A stretch of DNA of 64,000 nucleotides. Origin: Phoronis australis. Its lineage: Eukaryota; Animalia; Phoronida. Below, piece after piece: positions 54,085 through 64,000 of this stretch. Positions within the stretch are counted from its first letter, which is position 1, and the number at the start of each line of letters is the position of its first letter. Position numbers and translations under genes: made by a program. The DNA is taken from positions 63,147-127,146 of the forward strand of contig NMRA01000456.1 in the NCBI GenBank assembly GCA_002633005.1, written 5' to 3'. The notes under the pieces are model-generated. The model saw only the letters and a program-made list of their open reading frames with translations, searched no databases and was not told where the DNA came from.

Positions 54085-54945
54085 TTAAGATCTCAGCAAC
54101 ACTACTAGCATGATGGAATTTCCCCTTAGCAACACTTCCCCGTGTCTTTGGATTTGCCCTCATCGACCCTCAGCCTATGTTCTGTATCCACCAGCCAGCA
54201 TACTAGTACAAACATCAGACTTTTGTTAGTCACCCGAAAGACATCACAAAAATTAAGCAAATGGCGCATGCGCATGTCACGAGAATACTGTTTTCATCAA
54301 TTCAACAACAAACTTTTCTTTGCAACAGAAGCCAGGGGATTATGCGACTGAAGAAAATGACATAGGTTTTCACTTTAACAGCTATAATAGGCAAAGCATC
54401 ACTTGACTCCCTTTGCATGCACCCCCACCGGTCATTAGCTCTACTTGTTCAAATTAATTAAACCACAAGATGACAAGCAGAACTACCTGGGTGTTAAATT
54501 TCGTGGTCTATGACCGTCTACAAGAGACACTGCGGTTCTGCGCTCTGCCTCTGCTGGCTCTGAATTTTGACGTTAAACTTACAGCTAGCTGGCTGGCTAG
54601 TCAAAAATGCTTTATAACTTTCAAATTGGCGCAAATAATAAACCAAGAGCAAGACTTGATGACAGTAAGATAAGTTCACACATTCTTCAAAGTTCTTACA
54701 ATATTTTGATTTGGAAGAAATGATTAATGATGAACTCGTTTTAAAACACCATTGCACAGGACTGAAGAAGCAGATTGCAGCAAAGCTAACAAACAACCAC
54801 TTTGTCACTGGTGACTTACCCTATGTATCGCCTGCGATGTCGGCCCTCTAAAGTGTCGTGATCATATTGGATTCATTTTGAAACGCGAGGTTTATTACCT
54901 ACTTAACGAATGTCTAAGTTGTGTGACGGATATCGCCATCTTGAA
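54085..54945 (-). promoter_or_regulatory. Probable promoter and 5'UTR exon region of ZDHHC1
   Basis: Perfect NRF1 palindrome GCGCATGCGC (54264-54273), RFX-like half sites (TAGCAAC, CAGCAAC at about 54091-54133) and YY1-like CAAGATGGCG (about 54934-54943). Candidate donors lie near 54008, 54818 and 54898, and an acceptor at 53566 sits 12 nt above the ATG. Confidence 0.5.
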
Positions 54946-56419
54946 TAGTTTGCGTAATCACTCACATAAAAATATTCTTGCGCCTGGCAAGTGGAGTATA
55001 AAAATTTGGGTACAAATTTTGGATTTGCAATGATAGTTGAGGTCAGATTGGAAATTTATCTTTTCTTTAATTGTTAATTGGTGGTTTATAGACAGTAGTA
55101 TTCAAGGGTCGCATAAAATTTACAGAATGTTGCGAAATGCAAAAAACAGTTCTGCGTATGAATATGATGTCATGGTAAATACAAAAACAATACATTGCAA
55201 CGGGGAGATAATTCCCATTCTGTTCGTTTTCGTTTGCTGCGCCACTGGTGTATCACGGTGGGGCGAACGCCGGAGGCGTGGGCGGTGGCGGGAACAATAA
55301 CAACGAGAAACAAGAGGAGATAGAAATGAATAAAGAAACTGTCAAATAACAAAAAATCCCAGGGTAGAAAATTCTGACTATTATTTCATTCTGCTTGTAT
55401 AAGCTTCTTAAGTCAGTACATAAGCGGAGTCAATGAGACGCCAGCTTATGAATTGTTTCATGGATTTGAAAAAGATGTGCTGTCAAAAACATTGTTTAGG
55501 ATTTAAAAAACTATCATGACGTACTGCTCGCGAGTTCAATGAGAACTGACTAGTAGCGGTTCCCGGCGGCCGGAGCCGTAGAGATCACTGAGCCCATGGC
55601 CGGGCCACGCTGACAAGGTGCCCGCAGGTGATTACCAAAATTGCGGGTATGCGGTACTTTTTCAGTAAGTTTTGCGGGACCCGGGCGGGGTCTCGGCTCA
55701 TAAATTTCTATTTCGTGGGGGTGAGGCAGAAAAATCTACCCGTCCCAAAATTAAGGGGGTGGGAATTAATTAGCAGACTAATTGGCACCCGCAATAGGGT
55801 GTCTCTCAGCAAATTTTGATCACGCCCGGGCAACTTGTCAATATGATAGACCCGGCCCGGAAAAATCGTAGCCCTCGGCTACTACCAGTGACAGGAAGCT
55901 CATGCAATGTGTCATAGCTCCGCGACATAGTGTTTTCAATTGCTGAAGGCCGGTTTGCGGGCTGTAAGGCCAAGTTAGTACAGCAATACCATAATTACAA
56001 ATGATTTTGCTTAGACATTCTATTCCTTTCAGTTGAAAGTGTCTTTCACCATCACTTCCATCGACTTGAAACGGATATATATATATATATGGGACCGTCA
56101 CAAGAAAAAATCGAAAATTGATTGATCGGATTCATGTGGATCTTTTACATCAAACAAACAAAATTATTTTAAAAAAATGCAACAGCGTTTTTGAAATCTC
56201 ATCTTTAGCATTTATGTCAAATACAATTTGACCGTGTTCTTGATACCGTTGTTTTGCAGTCAATATACCTTTCATTTTTTGTTAAATTTTTACTGAAAAT
56301 ACATGGTCACATGACTCAATTAATATAACTTTATTGACAGTAGTAAGGCCACCGGCCCTTATACATGTACATACCATTCACTGCCCGAATATGGCGCGCT
56401 ATCATAAGGTACAACCATA

Positions 56420-57370
56420 AAAATAATACTTTTGCAAGGTGTAGGCCTTTCTCATGCAGCAAAAGAACATAATAAACAACTGGTTATTTGCCAAACGTTA
56501 TGTTCAGACATAATATTTAAAAAATTTACAAGACTTGGAAAAATATCGTTCTTTGCTCTCAAAAAACTAATTTCATCTTCAATTACTCTTTTAGACCATA
56601 GTGTACAAAAGCGCTTTTCTCTTGGAGTTCCTAAACACTTTCGATTTTCATTGAAAGTTTTACACATCTAAATTTAGCAACAACATATAAATGCTTTTTA
56701 AAACATTTAACATACTCTACCATTGTAAGATTATTTTTATAATGCCTGTAACAGTCAAGTTTTCTAAAAGATGACACTTTTTCATGCCATAGCTGAGAAT
56801 CAATATTTAAAGATATCTGCTTAAATTCCATCAAAAAAACTCGTCACCATCACCGTGACAATCCGATACAAAACCCAAACCCGATTCTATATGACATGTT
56901 TTTGACATTTAACAACCAAGAACTGTATCCTTTTTCCGCGAGATCATCTTAAAAATACAGCAAATTTTTATTCATCGCGAGTCAACCAGTTTTAACAACT
57001 TCATCCAATCTTTTACAATTTTAAAGTATCTTAACGATCTCAAAGAATGTCTACCAAGGTCACCTCTTACGGTACCATTTGGTGTATTTCTCCCCAAACT
57101 AATACAAACTTATAGAATTTATTATCCACCCTTCAGCAGGGTGAAAACCCAAAATTACCCAACCATATTGTAATATGGGTTGTGTTTTAGAGTCAAAACC
57201 ATGTAACAATGTGATAGGTGGCACATCGACAAATTGTGACGTACGTCTTTTTAAAGCTAAGAGTGTTCTAGACGCAAATGTTTTTGAGTTTTGCACCAAG
57301 ATCCAGATGAAGAAAAATGAATCCCTAGGTATTTATACTATAGTTTTTCCACACAAACGTTTCACCGTTT
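56420..57370 (-). pseudogene. Decayed non-LTR retrotransposon (LINE) RT C-terminal region
   Basis: Broken-frame fragments FDSKTQPILQYGWVILG, KLDCYRHYK..EYVK..VAKFRC and PREKRFCTLW...IEDE resemble the post-RT region and C-terminal zinc finger of LINE ORF2. Confidence 0.7.
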
Positions 57371-59978
57371 AAATTCCACTTAATTACTAATTTTCTACCC
57401 TTTAGAAAAACTAGGATTTTTGTTTTAGAAACATTAATCACTAATTTCCACTTCGTGCACTGACGCTCTGCTTGAGTAATGAGCCGTTGCAATTTCAAAG
57501 GCGTATAAATGACAATGGTTGTGCACTATTCTCCAACACGTCGTTAATTGTTTTTAAAATGTCTCGTTTTTGCGCGAGAGTACGTCCGTCAAAAGTCGGA
57601 CTTTGATGATTTTTATAAAAAATGCATAAAGCGAAAACTAAATGATAATTTAGAAAACTGTATTAACCTTTCTGATATTTTGAGCATTTATATCAAAGAA
57701 AATTTACCCATGTTTTTGACACCGTTGTTTTATTTCAATAAAAAACATACGATTGCGTGACCCAATTACTGGAAGTATGGCATAAATCAAATTTGACAGG
57801 CTTTCTACTTTAAAAAATATATACTCTTACTTAGTTAAAATGTGTAGTTTTGTAGATATTTGTCAAAGCCAAGAGTATAAAAATTTGACACAAAGGTGGC
57901 ACATAACAGTACGCATTGCATTCAGTAGTAACAGTTATTGGTGTAATATACAGGAGATATATTTGCATGAAGTATGTTTAATAACACCTGATTCACGCAG
58001 TCGCCATTTTAAAAGTGGGCCTCTTTTTAGGTTTTAAAAACAATGCATTCCGCCCTTCATCACAGTTCACAGCGTGATTTTTCGCATGCCTCATTAACAT
58101 TTAAGTGTCAAATGCATTGCAGCCTTGTAACGGAGGGTGATTAGTTTTTACTTTGGCCTCCAAGACGGCTTCACTTTCCACAGCATAATATGAAGTTATG
58201 TACACGATGACGCAAAACGGGAATTGACTAACATTGCGTCGAACGAGCTCGCCTACTCCGCAAATTCATTGTTGTTGCATAGGACACCACTCCCCCCCAT
58301 TGCCACGCCACCACCAGATAAATTTGCCAGTGGCGCGCACTGAATCACTCAGAATTCAATGAGGTGAGGCAATTGAACGACTGCTCCATTTTAATAAATT
58401 ATTTATTAACAAAACTTAAAACATTCTACATGATATACTCTGTGACATTAACATTTCTGTCAAAGTGAATGGGGCAATGTAACATTTTGAGACAATTATA
58501 ATAATGACTCCTATGAAGTCATACCACAGACTGGTCTACGGCTGTACATAGGCTTAGTTCCCACTATTTTATTGAGTCGGCAAGATGAAGTTTCGCTCCG
58601 AGTCACGTACAATTAAAATGGATTCATACACTGGGAGCTTCCACAAAAAAGTCACCATTTCGAGTTTTTTCTCCAAAACATGATCCCTTGGTACTAAGAT
58701 CTTTTACACTCCAACACAATCCTTACATATTAGATCAAAACTTAACATTGAAACAACCTTTACACCTAAATTAAAGTCATGTTGCAAAAACGAACTCCTT
58801 CCGCATTTTTTCGCCTAATTCGCCTAACTCTTAGCCACCGAGGTAACCTGAGTGTGAAAAGCACCGATCGGAACGCCAGTACCTGTCCGTAGATGCCACC
58901 TGCAGAGGCCACCAATGTAAGAACTCTTCCGGACAAGAATGAACCAAGTCAACATACTAACGAAGTCCTAAAACCAAGACACAGAACAATGCAAGTCCCC
59001 CTAATGAGAGTCAGCTCCTAGTTTGTGGGCCTAGTGTTGCCTAGTCTCATCACTTGGCCCATATAGCTATACATGTCACTTCAAAAATAGCATGGTGAAT
59101 GCTGTTCAATTTATGCTTCACCATTACACCAGGCACACACTGTCCGCATAACTGGGGCCACATACCAATGTAACAGTAGTCCTATTTAAATTCATGTAAC
59201 ACTGTATCGAATTCAGGCAGTGCTATTACTGATAGCCACATCAGGGTGTTCCACAGATCCCTCATAAAACAAAAGAAACCGACTTAGAAGAGAACATGAC
59301 TTCGATTAGAGTTTAGCTCACAGATCTCAACATGTCTTGCTCAGATTGTGACATGTGTTGACAAAAGGAGGAGTTCGCAACCCAGATGTGCCATCAATTA
59401 AAGTTAATCTGAATGAACATTCAATTACTAATTAATCATCAAAACAGTTCATGAACTGACACCAATGGGTGATAAATATCATGACGCAAAGCCACATGAT
59501 AAGATAATATAAGGATCAAATTTGAAGACATTCAAACACTTAATAAATCAGCCAAATACTACAATGACTATAGCATACAGGGTCATAAAACTCTTATTTG
59601 ACAACATAGTAACACTTGTCACTATAATTAGTAAGCTGGATACCTACTACAGGTAACATAGTTATAATGAATTCTAGGACTGCATTCAATACCTAACATA
59701 CCTGTAATGTATTCCAGGGTTGCACTCCTTTTAAAAATCCAAACTATTAGTGGAGCACTTGCAACAAGAAATATTTCATAATTTATTAATTCTATCCCAT
59801 AATTCAACATTCCAGACTGACAGACCAATCATTTCAGTGGTTGTCATTTTGTGTTACGGTATGCTAGAAATGTCCGGTGCATACTCACGAAATACACACT
59901 TTTCAGTGGACAGGTGTGATCTTGATTTTAAGCAAGTTTCTCACACCTTTGGAATGCACCCCAGTTCCAACAGTAACG

Positions 59979-60112
59979 GACCATGTGGACACACACAGCC
60001 CAATGGCCATTTGGACACAGCCCAATGGCCATGTGGACATAGCCCGATGGTCACCTGAACCCAGCCCAATGGCCATCTGGACACAGCCCGATGGCCACCT
60101 GGACACAGCCCC
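59979..60112. repeat. 22-bp GC-rich minisatellite, about 6 copies
   Basis: Unit CACAGCCCAATGGCCATNTGGA. Confidence 0.9.
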
Positions 60113-61461
60113 ATGCCGTCAGAGATAGTGAGATACTGGTAATGCTTCCAAACATTTCAGCACAAGCTTTCTCTCTTTTGGTAATTTACTTACATGAGCC
60201 CAATACAACTGATAGGGTGGGGTGAAAGTAAACACTGGAACAATACTTGACCTGATCTCACTTCTAGCAAACATTTGCTCTTTTAAACATCTAAATAATC
60301 ACAGATGACAGTAACACAGTGAGAACCATGTTAATGGCCACCTCCATTTTTGACAAAATATTTAAACGAAAAAGTTCACTTTGGTGAAGACTTACAGATA
60401 GTCCACAATGCAAGTGATGAACAAGCATGGCTGAGACCATTGACAGGGTTCACTATTGTCAGTAGTATCCAGTGCAGCAACACCTTCTCAATCACACCAC
60501 AAATACTTTACAACAAATGTTACATTATAACCACATGTTGAAGTAAGTGAAATGAACACACTTCGGATAAAGTTTCTATATCAACCATCACATCGTTACA
60601 GACAACAGTTCAGCAAATCCTGAGTTTGGGTGGAGTATTCATTATAGTACACGATATCTACACTAATAAATATAAGAAAGGAATTTCTTTGTTTCACAAA
60701 ACGTACAATGAATGCACGCAGAGTGCAAATAAAACAATCTCATCTTTTTGTCACCAGACGCCCGTCATCTGCAGTCATTAAATTACATTTACTAACACAT
60801 AATAAATAATTTCATCATCCACACATACATTATGTGACTATATAATGTTCTTATGTCTCTTCATGCATATAGCATCAAGTGACTGCCTCTCTATCGCTAT
60901 CCAACCATTGTCAGCCTTCAACAAACATTTGCTCCAGTCAAAAATTTTCGTATATCCAACATGTGTCGTGCCCTGGAGAAGTAATCTCAGTTTTCTAAAA
61001 CTTCTTTTTGTTCTTGATTTAAAACCAATTCATAGAAAATTGTGAAAACTTTCAAGATAATGAGCAAGTCTATGTATTTATTTGCATAAATATCTACAAT
61101 GCTATTAGAATTCGACGATATAAAATCATGTTTTCTGAAATAAAAAGGTTGAAGATTTTAATTAATTAAACATCAAATAAAAGCATTATTACTTGGGTTA
61201 AGGGAAAGTGTTATTTTAGTAAAATTCAGTAAAAATATGTTCTTATTAAGATCATAGAAGTCTGAAATTTCCATGCAAACTCAAAACACTTGAAAAAACC
61301 AACTCCTTAAAACATTTTGGAAAACAGCGAAGACATCCATTGAAAACCCATACCAAGCTCACGAGTCATCTCTGAGATGTGCTGTTTTACAGTAAGCTAA
61401 ATTTACGCAAAACTTGAAGTCCAATTAAGTGCATTGCAAAAGTAACAACAGCACACAGTTT

Positions 61462-61582
61462 GGTTTGAATCTGACCACGACACTACGTAGCCACCAATGA
61501 CCTTGTGTTCAGGTGTGAATCTGACCATGACATTATGTAGCCAACAATGACCTTGTGTTAAGGACTGGTGTGAATCTGAACA
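61462..61582. repeat. About 50-bp tandem repeat, 2+ copies
   Basis: TGAATCTGACCAYGACAYTAYGTAGCCAMCAATGACCTTGTGTT repeated. Confidence 0.8.
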
Positions 61583-62214
61583 TAACAGCACCCACCACTG
61601 AGCTTGTGTTCAGCTTGACCAATATGTCATTTGAAGTATGCTACTCTATCCAGTGTGTTCATGGCTATTACACTTACAAAAAATTCCTTTCTTTCAATCA
61701 AGCAGTACAAAAAGCACCAGGCGTAACAATAGTCCTAACATTACTCACAGACAAAAAAAACAAAGCAAAAACGCTTGCACAACAATCCTTATGACTTCCT
61801 AGCTCAAAGACAATAAATAAAATAAATTGCAACTTAAACATTCAAAAGAGAATTATTTTGTTGAACCATAATATTGAGAATGCGCAAAATTTACAGCAAT
61901 TGATTAGTTCCTTAAGATAACAGAGGGACAAATTCGTAAGTAAACGCAAGCTTTAAGAACTGGAAATTCTTAAATGCACGCAATTAAGAAACTGTGACGC
62001 AGTCAATGCAAGGAACAGAAAAATCTCAAACTGCCTAGCAAATGCACGTTGTGTATTCCGCTACAGACTAACACCTACTGTATGGTAAATGTATGTGTCA
62101 CAACATTAAATACTTAGTCGACTAACAAGTGCACACAGCACCAGATTAACACAGTGACAGAGGACAAGATCATCTCATCACATCACATGTCCATACTGTG
62201 TTTACACTCCTTAT

Positions 62215-62331
62215 CAAATAACTTCAACCAATCTTCTCTCACACCCGTAGACAAATCCAAATAACTTCAACGAATCAGCTCTCACACCCGTAGACAAATC
62301 CAAATAACTTCAACGAATCAGCTCTCACTCC
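62215..62331. repeat. 43-bp tandem repeat, about 2.7 copies
   Basis: CAAATAACTTCAACGAATCAGCTCTCACACCCGTAGACAAATC repeated. Confidence 0.9.
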
Positions 62332-64000
62332 CATACACATATCCTTGGAGGGTCACTAGACGTTTTTCGACCGATTCTCTATCTACAATGACAACATAGT
62401 ATCCAGTAAACTAAAATAACTAGATGATGTAGCATGTTAGGAGAACTTCTGCCACTCATGTAGTAGTCAACGGTGACACTAACACTAAGATATTTAACAT
62501 TCAATACAATCCCAACAGCCCTAGCAATGATTAAGCAACAAAGGAACATGTGAAAGTGCTCAACTGTACTAATTAAATGAAAAATGAAGATTATGATGAT
62601 ACTGGATGATCAGTGTTCTCACCAGGATTTATTTCATGTTCAGTGTGGCGGGAACGATGGAATGTTGTCAATCACAGTGATCATCTCAGTTCAGAAGGGG
62701 AGATCACCGTATTCTTGGTAAAAAATATTTGCAGGTCATAGGTAACAATTTCTGTACAAATATTGAGATTCAGTCTACAGTAGGCACTAGATCTTAACGA
62801 GAAAAAATCCACTCGGAAAGATTTGTCACACAATGCCAGAAATATGGCATCCAAAAATCAATCAAATAAAAAAGCAGGGATCGGATAATAGCTCGAGAAT
62901 GGTAAGTTGACTTGAAAAAGAGACAATGAGACTATGGCAATAGCTTTGCTGTGGCTCTGCAAAGTGAAAAATGATCGCCAAAGCGCCATCTTATGTCCAC
63001 AACCAAAAACAATAGGTCTAGAACTAATGATGAAACAAGTTTGTAAATTTCGTGTCAATCGGATAGAAAATGTGATCTATAGTGTGCAAACGTAGAAACA
63101 AAAAACAAAGAGAAAGAGCAACGATCTTCGTGAAAACTTTTTACCAAGAAATAAGTAAACATAATCACTTATAAACCAAACCTAATTTTAAAATCCCGTG
63201 TCATTGTATGAATACTGAGAAGCAACAATGACATGTGGAATCAATATGGAACAGAGCACAGACTTTGCGGGTGAGTTATTTGATTGTTGTCGAGAACTTT
63301 TTGAACTTTGCGCGAGACAACACGAGACATACATGTTTTTGATTATTTGGTAAAAAGGTACAACCAACGACAATTAAAACGGATTACATTTTCGCTTAGA
63401 GCACACACGCTGCACACAAACTGAACCCCTTAAAGTAGAGTAATTACGACAACATAGTTACATTTATTGAGTAGTTCTTTATCTCTCATATTGTCCGCTT
63501 GTTGTGCCAAACTGTGAAAGAGGACCTGCGCACTCTGGTACCGTCGGAAGCACTGAAATGAAAAAGTAAAAAACACTGCGTAGAACAAAACATAAGACTT
63601 ACATGTAAAGAACAAGAACTGTTACAAGCTCAAACGTGAACTAGAATTAATTAAGCCAGCGATGGCAGATGTTCCCCATGAAGCCATCAATGAACTCCAT
63701 TCACTCCCCTCTTCTGCCAGGTACATTTAGGAACACCAACTCGCTGTATCAAAAAACAAAATCAAAGCAAGAATCAAAATAATTATTTCAAAGAAAGTGC
63801 TGCGTGGGACTTCAAAGAAGTAGGCAGACACTTAGCAGAGGATGCAACATTAACATCGTCAGTTACTCAATAATAAAACATGTGAGAACTCAAGGCCTGT
63901 CACCAATCAAGGCTTAACTAAAAAAAAAAACTGGCAAATCGCACGTCACGCCTGGAGTATTTTTCCAATTTCACATAATGTGAACACAAACACATAAGTA

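Noticed and set aside
59979-60112. Regularly spaced short repeats, superficially CRISPR-like
   Set aside because: Head-to-tail tandem units with no unique spacers, no cas genes, and a eukaryotic context.

Overview
AT-rich (roughly 35-40% GC by eye) animal genomic DNA with spliceosomal introns, most likely an invertebrate. The repeat families resemble lophotrochozoan ones, but the species cannot be fixed from sequence alone. I reconstructed five protein-coding genes by hand from splice sites and reading phase: the 5' end of an SLC13 transporter (-), FBXO15 (-, 12 coding exons), HSBP1 (+, 3 exons, head-to-head with FBXO15), PLA2G15/lysosomal phospholipase A2 (+, 6 exons) and a ZDHHC1-like palmitoyltransferase (-, 11 coding exons). 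There are two minor-spliceosome (U12) introns, AT-AC in HSBP1 and GT-AG in ZDHHC1, and one GC-AG intron in FBXO15. Mobile DNA includes the 3' end of a Ty1/Copia element in SLC13 intron 2, a three-level nested stack (Tc1/mariner-like > hAT MITE > solo LTR) with a second inverted hAT copy, Mutator-, Kolobok- and Helentron-like non-autonomous elements, a THAP-bearing mini-element, a decayed LINE and several minisatellites. I found no wholly new multi-gene system. The best leads are splicing and regulatory oddities and an unusual luminal exon with a furin-like site in ZDHHC1.
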